Shown: positions 39,534 to 52,464 of the stretch, piece after piece
How the letters are laid out: every line of letters begins with the position of its first letter
How positions within the stretch are numbered: the first letter of the stretch is position 1
NCBI RefSeq assembly: GCF_964213995.1
Contig: NC_135812.1
Coordinates: 28,272,001 to 28,336,000, forward strand
Direction: 5' to 3'
Length of the DNA stretch: 64,000 nucleotides
Origin: Mustelus asterias
Lineage: Eukaryota
Translations under genes and position numbers: made by a program
The notes under the pieces: generated by a model
Databases searched by the model: none
The model's input: the letters and a program-made list of their open reading frames with translations, nothing else
What the model was told of the DNA's origin: nothing

Positions 39534-39681
39534 AGTAATGGCTTCATAAAGCCCCAGAAGACTTCAGATCACACTACATTGGATCATACATTTGAGGAGG
39601 TAAAAGCTTTTCTCATTAATGAAGATGAGTTGCACCAGTTTGATGACCTCACTAAAGTCAACCCAGTGACAACTAGCACAG
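39534..39681 (+). CDS. MYO19: MYO19 exon (SNGF...FDDLTKVNPVTTST)
   Basis: ttttcag| acceptor, |gtatat donor; matches MYO19 DDLT(R/K)VNPVT. Confidence 0.9.
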
Positions 39682-40845
39682 GTATATATTTAATTGGACA
39701 GTGACTTGATTTTTGTGGGGTATTATTTTTTAAAATCCTGGATGTTTAAATGTGCCTCTGGTATGACTATGGCTCATTACTTCTGATCTCAGGGGCTTCA
39801 TCTCCCACTCCCCCAACCCTCCCATGGTAATTGCCCTGGAAGTTCAGGCTGCTGATGGCTGCAATTACCCTGCCCTTGGAACCATCTGATATGCCAATTT
39901 AAATTGGAAACTTTGGATGGTTCCCACCATCTCACAAGAATAGTTACCCAGGAAAGGTTAGAAGAATTAAACATAGAAACTAGAAGCGGGAGTAGGCCAT
40001 TCGGCCCTTCAATTCTGCTCTGCCATTCATATTAATCATGGCTGATCATCAAATTCAATATCCTGACCCTGCCTCCCCTCCACCCCCATATCCCTTGATC
40101 TCTTTAGCCCCAAGAGCTATATCTTATTTCTTCTTGAAATCACGCAACTTTTAGGCCTCAACTACTTTCTATGGTAGTGAATTCCACAGATTCACGACTC
40201 TCTGGGTGAAGAAATTTCTCCTCACCTCAGTCCTAAAAGGGTTACCCCTTATCCCCAAACTAAAATCACTTCTAACTCCTGAGTAACTGTGGTGCTGACC
40301 CCAAACCCCCTCTGAGAGCCCCCTCCCCCCACTGAACCTTCCAACCTATTCATTATGATCATGGCTGATCGTCAAATTCAATACCCTGATCTCGCCTTCC
40401 CCTCCCCCCAAATCCCTTGATCCCTTTAGTCCCAATGCACGTATTATTCAGTGAGGTTAAACTGTCAATATGAAAGAAGATGTTTCTAGAAATGCTTAGC
40501 AATTCCATTATCTTAAGAAAAGATTGGCGTATTTAAGGTTGGAGCCCCTTCAGCAGAACTACTTTTCGAAGAATGTGCTGACAAAGTGATGTTTCTCCAC
40601 GCGTTCATTATCCAGCTTCAAAGTTGAGAATTTGTTACAATGCAGTGGTGTGATTATCCTAATTAAAGAAACCAAAGTACATTCTTGAAGAGGGTTGGAT
40701 GACTATAGGGACGTCATGTTAAATGTATACATTCTTTACAGATGCAGGATCATAATCCAAATAAATTTGATTGCCACATCTGTGTCTAGCATAAAATTTA
40801 TTAGATCTTGCAGTATTTTGATACAAAGGAACCCGCATAAGTTCA

Positions 40846-41757
40846 TGCTAGTGGGGTTCCCCGGAGACCAGGTATCGCTGAAACTTCAGCCAATACAAAG
40901 ACTCGTGAAAGCCAGTGTCCCAGTTTAAAGACGTGTCTTTTATTTAACCAGCGATCACATGGAGAGATTATTGAAAAGTCCTAGGCTTCTCTCGGCGATT
41001 AGCAGCCTGACCTTCCCAATAACTCTGACGTACAAAGCTTAGGATAGATCAATTATACATTTCTCTTATCAAATTCTCCCACCTTTCATTAACTTTGAAT
41101 CAATCATCTTCAATACACACAAATCATTAATAACACCTGCCACATACTTTAGTCAATTGCATTTCACTAATGGGATTTCATTGGTCCGTAAAATTCAGAC
41201 GCTTCCTCCCCCTATTGCTGACTCAACTTCCTCTGTTGCTCAGCAACCACGACGCTGAGCTACAAAGGTCAAAGTTAATATTCCCACCAGTTTTCACCAC
41301 GTCACTGGCTAAACCTGACAAATGCACATCCCCATCTGAGAAGGCATTGTCTTATCTGGGCAGTGAATTAATCCTATTTATAAAGCTGCCTTGAGAACTC
41401 TGCTGTTAGCAACTCTTGTAGATAAGAACTTGCACATTCTGAGGTTTCGTTGTTTTCTAAGCATGTGGTTCTGTCTGTATGTCCCCGTACTATCATGCCT
41501 TGCAGCAACTTGCTCTTGGCTAAAGTGCACAATTACTTTATAAAATACAGTTAAGAGATTTAAAATATCTAAATATGCAGTTAAATCACAATCACTTGTT
41601 TAAATCTCTTAATTGCATTCACATGTGTAAACTGTTCCCTTGTTAGCTTATAAGTCTGATTTAGAGTCATTTAACTCAATGCTGGTAGTTCTGTTAGTGT
41701 CTTAAATGCCTAATGGTTTAAAATTTTCTCTAACCTACTAGGAATTTCTCCCCAACA
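40846..41757 (-). mobile_element. Solo LTR, ERV-like (912 bp)
   Basis: Minus strand starts TGTTGGGGAGAAATT and ends CCCCACTAGCA; 5-bp TSD GTTCA (40841-40845, 41758-41762); minus-strand AATAAA near 40940. Confidence 0.8.
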
Positions 41758-41785
41758 GTTCACATCTTTCTTTTCTGCCTCCCAG

Positions 41786-41934
41786 TTTTAAAATGTCTGC
41801 ATGCAAGATATACGACCAATGTGTTTTACACCAATGCTGGTTGTACGCTGGTGGCACTTAACCCATTTCAACCTGTGCCTAACTTGTATTCCCCTGGCAT
41901 TATGAAGGAATACCACACTGCGTCCCGACCACAG
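41786..41934 (+). CDS. MYO19: MYO19 exon (VLKCLHARY...FYTNAGCTLVALNPF...RPQ)
   Basis: cccag| and |gtaact; phase 1 to 0; myosin head N-terminal motif. Confidence 0.95.
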
Positions 41935-42525
41935 GTAACTCAAGTATAGAGTGATGATATAATGTGTATTAAACAAGAATTAATCATCATTGATTACAAA
42001 TTCTGCAACCTCAGTGATCAAAATATTAACATTTAATTTGTGTCCAATTTATTCTAACCATTTAGTCAATATAATGTATGCTGTGGTCAGATTGCAACTT
42101 TGCGCAAACCATTTAAACTTGTTCTTAAAGTTGAATAATTGAGAAAAATCCCTCTAGTTCCCAGGCCATGTGTTTTGAGAATATAAGAATAACAGATTAA
42201 AATTTGTCCCATGGTGATGATGTGATCGGAAAACTAAATTTGATCTCCACAGAACTTGCACATTCTGAGGTTTCATTGTTTCCTAAGCATGTGGTTCTGT
42301 CTGTATGTCCCCGTACCATCATGCCTTTCAGCAACCTGCTCTTGGCTAAAGTGCACAATTACTTTATAAAATACAGTTATTAGCAGCCACTGCATGTTCA
42401 CAATTGTGCTCACCTAAATTTACCAGTTTAATAACATTAATTCAATGTATTTTGCTGCTTTTACTACCATAGTGTCTTTTTATACAAATAAAAACTTCAA
42501 GAAATTAAGTCTTTCTATTCTTTAG

Positions 42526-42639
42526 GAGTTGAAACCCCACATCTTTACAGTGGCTGAGGATGCCTTCAGAAATGTACAGAGCCTCATTGAACCAGTTAAC
42601 CAGTCACTTATCGTCAGTGGGGAGAGTGGTGCTGGAAAG
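42526..42639 (+). CDS. MYO19: MYO19 exon with P-loop (ELKPHIF...NQSLIVSGESGAGK)
   Basis: tttag| and |gtaaga; GESGAGK P-loop. Confidence 0.97.
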
Positions 42640-43104
42640 GTAAGAACTCAACATGAAGAATGTGATCAGATCCAGTAATGAACAAACCTACCCCACACAT
42701 CAGGTGTGGATGTGATTTTGGAAAATGGATTTTGCTAATTGTAAGCAACTGGACATTAAAAACGATGAATATAGTAAGGTGCCATTGAGCTGGCTTTATT
42801 GATCTATCCCTCCTTCAGTAGAGGCACAGTCATGATACAGTAGGCCCAATACACTTTGTTATACTCTTCAATAGTGTTTTGAAGGTAAATCTCTGGTCAT
42901 TTTATTGAATTTCAGTACTTTAAATATTCCAGGATTTGTGCACACAGTTTTTCTGTTAAAGGCAGAAAAATGACCAGGACACAACCAAACAAAACATTGA
43001 CTTGTTATGGTTGGTCATGTTTTCAAGATCCATAATGAAAACGCTCAACAGAAACCAATTTCTAACTTGTAACCACATCTAGTGATGACCTTTCCGTTTT
43101 ACAG

Positions 43105-43237
43105 ACTTGGACATCTCGGTGCCTTATGAACTACTTTGCCACAGTTGCTGCCTCATCCACTTCTGCTAAATGCCAAGAAAATGTAGAAAGGATAGAAAAG
43201 AGAGTACTTGATTCCAATCCTGTGATGGAGGCATTCG
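43105..43237 (+). CDS. MYO19: MYO19 exon (TWTSRCLM...DSNPVMEAFG)
   Basis: acag| and |gtaaaa; MYO19-specific TWTSRCLM. Confidence 0.97.
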
Positions 43238-45464
43238 GTAAAAAAAAACACTTTTATTAAATTGGATGTTTGAGAATTTAGTGAAATATTTTGATTGACT
43301 CTCAGGATGAAATATTCCTTTTTATTGGACTCTGGAATCTAGGTCTAATTACTAATCAGTGGAAATGTAGAAGTGATCCCAAAATTAGTCCTTGTGGTCA
43401 GTGTTGCAGCTCAGTGCCTAGCAGGTGGCAGAACTCGGTCACTGTATCCCAGGTGAAACAAGAGTCTGCAAATGCATCCTTGGACACTGCAAGTTAGATG
43501 TGCCTAGCTCACGTGGGTAAGGATGAGTGTGAACTGTTCCCCCTCTGATGTAAGATAATCCATGCTCCCTCCCATTGCTGCTTTCACCCTCCTTCATAAA
43601 ATTGGACAGAGAAACATCCATGGCATTTCCCATATTCAGAATTCAGTTGGCAACAACTGAAATACAACCTTAAGTATTCACATTCCTAAAAATAAACAAA
43701 ATATTACTTGCCTTTATCATAAATATTATATGACCAAGTCAAACTTACAGCACATTATCAGTGAAAAAATTGGGAATCACTATTGGAATTCACTTAGATT
43801 GTATTTTTGTGTTGTTTATTATTTTAATTGATGCTAACTCATCCAGTGCAAGTATGTTTTCAATTGATCAAAAACTACAGTTTTTAGTTATTGGAAAACT
43901 TCCCTCATCAATAATCAGACGAAGTGTATGATATGAAGAGAATTAGAAAGTAAACAGTCTAGTTGAAAATGGGATTGAGATAGCGTGTCCTGTACGTTTA
44001 CCAATGTATGTGCCAAGACCACAAATTTGTGTTCACAATTTGTACTATGGTGAGTTATCATTTCAGCCAACCTGTTTGAGATGAACAAGTTCTCTAATGG
44101 AACTAATATATTTTTAAAAATTGTCAACAAATCCTATTAACCATTCTGCACCACCTAGTGGCCTACTGCAGAACATCACTGGCTTAAATATTAGAACAGG
44201 CTGCATGCTCACTCTTGTGGTCAAGTACAGTAATGATGTGTCACAGAAAGAATTGTGGGTGGTTGAGGTAGGAAGAAGAGGCAGGACATAAACATGAGGA
44301 AAGAGGCTAGGAATCCTGCAGCGAGTAACTCACTTCCTGACTCCCCAAAGCCTGTCCACTATCTACAAGGCACAAGAAAGAAGTGCGATGGAATACTGTC
44401 CACTTGCCTGAATGAGTGCAGCTCCAACAATGCTCAAAAAGCTTAACGTCATCCAGGATAAAGCAGCCCACTTGATTGGCATCCCATCCACAATTATTGG
44501 CTCCTTTCACCACTGATGCACAGTGGCAGCTGTGTGTACCATCTACACTGCAGAAACTCACCAAGGATCATTAGACAGCGCCTTCCAAACCCACAACCAC
44601 TATCATCTAGAAAGACGAGGGCGGTAGACACAAGGGAACACCACCAACTGCAAGATTCCCTCCAAGTTACACACTATCCTGACTTGGAAATATATTGTTG
44701 TTTCTTCACCATTCCAGGAACTTCCTCCCTAACAGCACTGTGCGTGTACCTACACCACATGGACTGCAGTGGTTCAAGAAGACAGCTCACCACCACCTTT
44801 GAAAGGACAATTAGGGATGGGTAATATCCCATGAATGAATTTTAAAAACCCACCAACAAGGGAGTGTAAAATTCAGGCCATGGAGTTAAAGCCAATGAAA
44901 GTAGTGGCAATGTGTTTCTTGGAGGCTGTTATTGTATGGATGAAATGCTGCTTACTTGCAAATATAAACCACTGCACAGTAATTGGCAGGGACAATTAAA
45001 CAAAAATAAGATTGAAAAAAAAAGCGTGTGAAAGGTTTGTAGAAGATTTAAAACCATGATTTATTTTTATTCATTCGTGGGACACGGACGTCGCTGGCTG
45101 GCTAGCATCAGGAGTTATCATGTCATTTTAGTTGGGATATAAGAAAAGGTTCCATAAATTGGTTCCAGCCACCTTGGTGTTAACTATGACCAGACTTTGG
45201 ACCGCCAGCATTTTGGATGGTGGATGTTTAGTAAATGGTCTGATCTGCTGAAGTAAATGGTTTTTGAGGCACAGATGGTCAAATGAAGATGCTAAATCTG
45301 TGTAATCCTGGATATTTTCAATTCAACTTGTATTCAGTGTTTTTAAAAAAAGGCTTGCTCCATTCCTTTTTTGTTGAACTGATCTTGTGCATGAAATTAA
45401 AACTTACTGAGGGGAGCTTAAATGAAGAAGTAATTGATTATCAACCTGATTTACTGTTTCACAG

Positions 45465-45534
45465 GAAATGCATGTACACTACGGAATCACAACAGTAGTC
45501 GATTTGGAAAATACATCCAATTGCAGTTAAACAG
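45465..45534 (+). CDS. MYO19: MYO19 exon, switch I (NACTLRNHNSSRFGKYIQLQLNR)
   Basis: acag| and |gtagtt; NSSRFGK motif. Confidence 0.97.
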
Positions 45535-46099
45535 GTAGTTTTACAGATCAGCTGTGTGGATGCATTTATTCAATCTGCTCTTAAATTCTTCAAAATCATT
45601 TTCATTGCATAAGCCCATTTTTATGTTTTATTGGTTCATGGTTATAATACAGATGTATGGAATGTCATTTTAATGACACGTGTTGTGTTAGTAGATGATA
45701 GGAATATTAGGCCATTTCACTCCTTGTTGAGTTTGTCCCATTGTTCACTGAGCAGGCTGATCTGCAACTTAATTCCATGTACCCATCCTTGTCTCATAGT
45801 CCTTAAAAGCTTTGGCCAACAATAACTCAGTCTCAGTTGCAAATTTGAATCAAGTTGCTTTTTGTGGAAGAGAGCTCTAAGGTTCTACCACTTTTTGTGT
45901 GTAGAAGTATTTCCTAATTTCACTGTCCTTAATTTTTAGCTTATGTCCACTCACCTGCAACCAGTAAAAGTAAGTTTTTCTCAATCTACACTATCTGTTC
46001 CCTTTACTATCTTGGCAACTTTGATCAACTCAACCATTAACCTTCTGAGTCTCAGGGAATACACTCTAGTTTGTGCAACCTCTCCTTGTAACTTAACTC

Positions 46100-46422
46100 T
46101 TTTTTTAATACTTTTCCAATTCAATCAAATCAAGTCCAATTCAGAGTCTCAACAAGTTGAGACATTTCCGATCCAAGCTGACAAGACAGGGTATGCAACC
46201 CTTTACCCTATCTTGGGCCTGATCTACATGAGCCAAGCTGATTGGAGTAGGCGGACATCCCCGCCTCCAAGGCTTGATCTCATTTGCATCTTAGCCAAAA
46301 GGCCGAGATGCCGCTTTTAAAAAATCGCTTCATATGAAAATGAAGCTTAAATGTAACCCAATGACCTCAACCAAGTGCAGCATCCGCATAACTAAACTTG
46401 ATCTTAGCCAAAAGGCCGAGAA
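46100..46422 (-). mobile_element. U2 snRNA-headed short retroposon, copy 2
   Basis: TTCTCGGCCTTTTGGCTAAGATCAAGTTTAGT head, same body as copy 1, A7 tail, flanking direct repeat AACTCTT (46095-46101, 46421-46427). Confidence 0.85.
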
Positions 46423-46782
46423 CTCTTGGAGTTGAAGAGTAATGCACTCCCTCATAGGTCAATATAGTCTTCCTGATGTGTGATCCATACTGGTCAAGAA
46501 GGTCCACAGTTTGATCCTTATCTGTGTTGAATTCTCTGATCTATTAGGTTGGACTGATATTGCCTGAAAGCGCCAATAGGTCATTTCGCATCAACAGACC
46601 TTCCTGAAAGTGTAGGAATAAAGTGAAGACAGGAATGATCTTGGTCATGATGTCCTTTATGGAAAAATAACACTATCTCTTTTGAATTTTGTGTGTAAAG
46701 AACGATTACTTAGGCAAAGTAGGTTCTGAAATTTCTGCACCTATTCAGGTTACAAAACTGCTTACCAATTTGTTCTTGGTAG

Positions 46783-47125
46783 AAATCATAGAAACCCTAC
46801 AGTGCAGAAAGAGGCCATTTGGCCTATTGAGTCTGCACCAACCACAATCCCACCCAGGACCTACCCCCATATCCCTACATATTTACCCGCTAATCCCTCT
46901 AACCTACACATCTCAGGACACTAAGGAGCAATTTTATCATGGCCAATCAACCTAACCTGCACATCTTTGGACTGTGGGAGGAAACCGGAGCACCTGGAGG
47001 AAACCCACGCAGACACGGGGAGAATGTGCAAACTCCACACAGATAGTGACCCAAGCCGGGAATCGAACCTAGGTCCCTGGAGCTGTGAAGCAGCAGTGCT
47101 AACCACTGTGCTACCGTGCCGCCCA
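46783..47125 (-). mobile_element. HE1-like V-SINE, full length
   Basis: GGCAGCACGGTAGCACAGTGGTTAGCACTGCTGC head, B box, V-core, CR1-type tail; siblings at 6852-7162 (-), 50270-50567 (-) and 11236-11403 (+, 3' part). Confidence 0.85.
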
Positions 47126-47324
47126 TATTTTAGCATAGCCAATCAACCTAACCTATACATCTTTGGACTAGGTACTGCAAGTACTCAGTTCAGGAAGCAT
47201 CTGTGGAGAGAGCAGTAAAGTTAGTGGGCGGAGTTTTCTGGCCGTGCTCACCCCGAAACCAGAAAATCCCGCCCGAGGTCAACAGACCTTTTCATGGTCC
47301 GCCCCTTGCTGGCTACAATTTCCG

Positions 47325-47445
47325 TGATGTGGAGATGCCGGCGTTGGACTGGGGTAAGCACAGTAAGAAGTCTCACAACACCAGGTTAAAGTCCAACAGG
47401 TTAAACCTGTTGGACTTTAACCTGGTGTTGTGAGACTTCTTACTG
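47325..47445. mobile_element. Fold-back Penelope-like insertion nested in a MITE
   Basis: ~40-bp perfect inverted arms; 13-bp TSD TACAATTTCCGTG (47314-47326, 47446-47458). Confidence 0.88.
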
Positions 47446-47644
47446 TACAATTTCCGTGGCAGGCAGAACGGGAAAATTCACCCCTATGTTTCAGATCGAT
47501 GACCTTTCATAACTTCTTCGTAATTCCAGGATCGGTAGTTTTTTGCTTTTGTTCCAGGTGCTGCTTATTTTAATCCCCTCTTGCGAAACCAGAATCTTCT
47601 TGATTTTGTCCTCCTTTCCAGACAATCAGTGCTTTATTTTCCAG

Positions 47645-47747
47645 ATCGCAGCAGCTGCTGGGAGCCTCTGTTCAGACTTACCTATTGGAGAAAACACGAG
47701 TTGCCTATCAAGCTCCTTCGGAAAGAAATTTTCACATTTTTTATCAG
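47645..47747 (+). CDS. MYO19: MYO19 exon (SQQLLGASVQTYLLEKTRV...ERNFHIFYQ)
   Basis: ccag| and |gtgagg; phases consistent. Confidence 0.97.
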
Positions 47748-49113
47748 GTGAGGCAAGGTGATCTTCACAAGTTTAATGGCATCTAATGCAAATTTGATTT
47801 TATATTGAAAAAGTTGGCGATGGTTGGTTATTGGGGCAGAGTTCGTAAACTAGTACCAATCACAAAATCTGCTACAGTGGGAGAGTAGGGTAAGAAATGG
47901 CAATTCTTGATGTGGGGATTTACGTTAGCTTTTGGACATAAAATGATGAAACCAAAACAAAATGCTGGAGCCACCAAGCAGATTGTCTTGGAGCAACTGT
48001 GGACCAAACAGACCAAGTTAACTTTTCAGAACGTTGATGAAAAATCTACATCTATTTTCTCCACTTCATTCTCTGAAGAGTATTCCCGGTACCTCCTGTT
48101 TTGTTTCCAATTTGCCATTTCCGTTTTAATTTTTGAAGGCATTTGTTTTTAAGAACTATAAAATCTAGAACTGATGTCCATGGGTAAACTTCTGGTAATA
48201 GTTTAGGTTAACTTTGAAGGTTTGCACTGGAATGATGGAAATACACCAGTATAAGTGAGGAGGACTTGGGATTCAGTTTTTCTTTCATTCAGAAAGGCCC
48301 TTACTTTGTAGCTGACACCTCCTGTGCTTGACAAATCCCACTTGCAGAGAAAAAGATACTGTTATTTCTAAAACACTTCCTAGATTGACACATTTTGCTA
48401 TCTTTGAAACCAAACTAGTGTAGAATATGATTGTGACTTCCGATAACAGCACATTGTAAGATACAAGAAGTAACGGAAAAAAATGACTTTTGCATTGGAA
48501 TCTGTGCATTCAGTCTGATAGCCCACTCAACTCAGCTGTCCTAATCAAAAACTGCCCCTGGACTTGCAGCTCCATTGGAAGTGCTGGCCAAGTTTCATTT
48601 AAGAATTCTGCAGACATTCAATGCCCTTTACACACCCAGTTTCTGCACTTTTACCGGAAAGCTGTTCAAAACGCTGATGGAGGACCTTCACTCTTCAAAG
48701 ATTGCACTGAAAGAGTTCTTGGGCTGCATATCTGTAGAAGCAAAAGCTTATTACTAATATACTCAGATGTTTGCAATCATTGTTCCCACTAAGCTGCGCA
48801 AATGCACAGTTCTACAGCAATTCGGAATATGCCGCAGAGGGAGCAAACAGGCTGCGCACAAGCTATGTTTCATTTAAGATGCAACCATGCGCAGCCACAC
48901 ATCAGTCTTAAAGTGCATTGTAGCAAGTTTGCCGTGCACCACAAATAGAAGCTAGAGGGCAGATTGGTTTTAATGAGGGACAAGCAGTAATGTGGGCAGT
49001 AGGAAAATTGAAGTACTTTGCTGTTGTCTTGGGTAACTTCCTTGTGTTATGTTGAAGCCATTGATTCAACAATATTCTGAATGCTGGAGCTTACTACTGT
49101 AATGTTTCCTCAG

Positions 49114-49210
49114 ATAATGAAGGGAGCCACTGAGGAGCAGAGGTTGGAGTGGGGTCTTCCTGAAGCAGCAGAATTCTTCTGGCTACCAAATGCTGACAAA
49201 ATGTTAGAAG
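49114..49210 (+). CDS. MYO19: MYO19 exon (IMKGATEEQRLEWGLPE...MLE)
   Basis: cctcag| and |gttagc; aligns with MYO19 ICKGASEDERLQWHLPE. Confidence 0.93.
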
Positions 49211-49838
49211 GTTAGCATGATTGCCAAATTGTCTCCAATGCTGCTTTTGAAAATAGGCAATTCAAGAATACATGCATTTGGTACAATATACTTCCTGTTT
49301 TATCAGAAGTAGTAGATCCTCTGTGGTATAATTAACAGGAAGTTGGATAATGTGCTGCTTTGTCAGTGTTCTCCCATGTAATGCACAATATGTTATTGAA
49401 TCTGATGAGGCAGAGGTATGTATAAGCTATCCTCCTTTTTACATCAGAGTCCAATTCTTACGCATAAGCCTGGCCTGAGACCATTCATTTAATTTATCAG
49501 TGAGCAAGTCACACATTAAAGAAAAAACTTGCACGTTTATAGAACACATCAGATGTCTAAGAAATGTTAAATAAGTTGTCTGTTATTTTCTTCACCAATT
49601 CTCTGCTTTCTCCTTATTTGCTTGACCTGTTAACTACTTGTTGGAATACAGGAGTCCTGAAGGGAGAATTCAGATATTGAGTTTCAGCAGAGCATATGGT
49701 TAAGGAAGCATTACAGCTATGGTTCATCCTGCCCTCACCCAATGTACATGTGAGCATTTTTAATGGGGGTTTCTGGAGAGCGATCGAGGGTGAATCCCAG
49801 AATTATTTTTCTCCCTTACGTAAGGCCGTGATATTGAA

Positions 49839-49904
49839 GCCAGTGATAACACATGGATTACTGACGCTGCTGCCAGTGATAACACATGGATTACTGACGC
49901 TGCT
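49839..49904. repeat. Perfect 33-bp tandem duplication
   Basis: GCCAGTGATAACACATGGATTACTGACGCTGCT x2. Confidence 0.9.
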
Positions 49905-50634
49905 CAGCGCAGCTAACTCATCGCAGACCTGGGAGTTAACCTGGGATCTTCCTATTCTTTTTGCTCTCAGCTTCTATCTGAATAAAGTATGTAAGATTGG
50001 CTGCCCTTGTGAAACTGTTTTTATTTACGTTGTAATAGGCTACAGAATCCTCCTTCATGTAACTCTGAAACTGATTTGTCATTGAAACATTGTTTGAAGG
50101 CTGGCATTCAATCTTGTTTGTCTGTCTTACCATCTAGTAATTCTGCCAGGTAATTCATGGGACAGATTTCTAAGTAACACTCTTGATCAGTTTGGTGACT
50201 AAATGACAAACTAAGAAGAGGAAAAAAACTGTAAGGAGGTGAAGAAATTGAGTATAATACGGAAGTTTCATCATAGAATCCGACCATGCAGAAGGAGGCC
50301 ATTCAACCCATCGAGTCTGCACCAACCACAATCCCACCCAGGCCCTATCCCCATAACCCCGTGCATTTACCCTAGCAAGGTCCCTGACACTAAGGGTCAA
50401 TTTAGCATGGCCAATCTTTGGAGTGTGAGAGGAAACTGGAGCACCCGGAGGAAACCCATATGGGGAGAACATGCAAACTCCACACAGACAGGTGACCCAA
50501 GCTGGGAATTGAACCCGGTCCCTGGCACTGTGAGGCCACAGTGCTAACCACTGTGCCCACCGTGCCGATTCATGGTATATGCACATAGCTTGGCTATCAG
50601 TCCAATTGTTTTAATCTCTTTTTATGTTGTGTAG

Positions 50635-50711
50635 GGGACCAATTGGAAGAAACCAAAGATGCAATGCTTCACTTGGGCATTAGCGGTGACACACAAGAGC
50701 AGGTGTTCAGG
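50635..50711 (+). CDS. MYO19: MYO19 exon (DQLEETKDAMLHLGI...VFR)
   Basis: gtag| and |gtaagt; AMLHLGI. Confidence 0.93.
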
Positions 50712-51189
50712 GTAAGTGAACCATGTGTCTTTGCAATTTCTCTCTTTAATTATTAACTTATCAACCATTTCATTGGTTAATGAAGTGGCATATTTATTTT
50801 CAGGTGTTTTTTAAAACACTTTTTGTGAAATTAGAAATACAAGTCCCCCATATACAAGCTGCCCCTTCTCTCCTAGTAACAATGATTCAAATCAGTATAC
50901 TGAAAGAAAATGCAAGTCGTTAATTTAAAGTATTCATTGCAGTCTCGAGCTTTGAATCAGCTTATTACTCTTCACTTCAGTTGAGTGTATGGTTGTATAT
51001 ATATGGAGTGTATGGAGTATATATATGGTTGAGTGTAAGTGGGATGGTAAAGAATTGTAATATCTGGTTGATTGGCAAATAAGCTCTTGTTCCAAGGTCT
51101 GAAAGAGCCACACCGGAAATGATTACAGCAGATTAAGGAACATAGAAATGTGAGAGGAGAGGAAACTGGATTTAAAATTAGTTAAATTA

Positions 51190-51496
51190 GGGTGGCACGG
51201 TGACACCGTAGTTAGCACTGCTGCCTCATAGCACCAGGGACGGCAGTTCAATTCCCGGTTCAGGCCACTGTCTGTGCGGAGTCTGCACGTTCTCCTCGTG
51301 TCTGCGGGGGTTTCCTCCGGGTGCTCTAGTTTCCTCCCACAGTCTGAAAGACGTGCCGGTTAGGTGCATTGGCCGTGCTAAATTCTTCCTCCGTGTACCC
51401 GAATGGGCACTGGAGTATGGCGACTAGGGGATCTTCACAGTAACTTCATTGCAGTGTTAATATAAGCCTACTTGTGACACTAATAAATACACTTTA
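51190..51496 (+). mobile_element. V-SINE with a different tail, full length
   Basis: Same head and V-core as the HE1-like SINEs but tail ...CACAGTAACTTCATTGCAGTGTTAATATAAGCCTACTTGTGACACTAATAAA, shared with 5290-5412. Confidence 0.8.
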
Positions 51497-51972
51497 GAAA
51501 GGAGGAAACAGATTCTAGAATTTGAGGACAGTTTTACAGAATGTTTGGGAATGGATAACGTTGTCCTGCGGGTTTCCTCCCTGTTCACAAAATCCAAAGG
51601 GGTCATGTCAGAGGCAGCAGCTGAGGAAAACCTAGGTTAGGAGAACTGAGGATTTAGTGATAAAGTTGCTGAGCTGGATCTTGTGGCTAGGAGGGGGATG
51701 GTAGCTTAACATTTAATTAGAAAGGTTAACTAAAGTTTAATCTATGAACAAAAGTGTAAATTAAAAACCTTAAGCAAGGTACTGAAAGATTTTTTTAAAA
51801 AGTGAATTTGGCATAGTTTAATTCTGTTGTCCTCTTTTGAGTGATTTTGTTCCTGTTCGTTTTGTCAAATATTTTAAGCAAATAATTTTGTATGAAGAAA
51901 GATGGCAAAAGTATTTGTCGGCACAAATCTTGCTAATTTTCTATTTATTTCATGCATTTCTTTTTCCGTTAG

Positions 51973-52063
51973 ATTTTAGCTGGTCTTCTACATCTTGGCA
52001 ATGTGCGATTTAGCGCGGCTACAGATGAGTCTCACCCTTGTGATCTCAAAGAAAAAACTAAGT
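51973..52063 (+). CDS. MYO19: MYO19 exon (ILAGLLHLGNVRF...KTK)
   Basis: ttag| and |gtaagt; LLHLGN motif. Confidence 0.96.
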
Positions 52064-52292
52064 GTAAGTCAAATGGATTACTAATTTCAAAAAAATGTTT
52101 CATGAATTCTGAGCAAGTTGTGCTTTAGGAACCAGTTTTTGTCCTTTTAATTTTGATCTATAAATAAATCTGACTGCGTGCTTTGTGTTGACATGAATTT
52201 TCCTCCTGGCACTGGGAATAGCCCATTTGTGGTCTTCTGATTTATTTTTACTTTTGGGCTACTACATTAATCAGAATCTCTGTTTCCTTCAG

Positions 52293-52464
52293 GCTTTCTT
52301 AAGAGAACTGCAAATTTACTCAAGGTTTCTGAGGAGAACCTTTTGGAACAGCTCAGAGTCCGGACTATTACAGCAGGCAGACAGCAGCAAATCTTTAAAA
52401 AGCCATGCTCTAAAATAGAGTGTAGCACAAGAAGAGACTGTGTTGCCAAAGTCATTTATGCAAA
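52293..52464 (+). CDS. MYO19: MYO19 exon (FLKRTANLL...RTITAGRQQQIFKKPC...RRDCVAKVIYA)
   Basis: ccttcag| and |gtaggt; phase 1 to 2. Confidence 0.95.
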
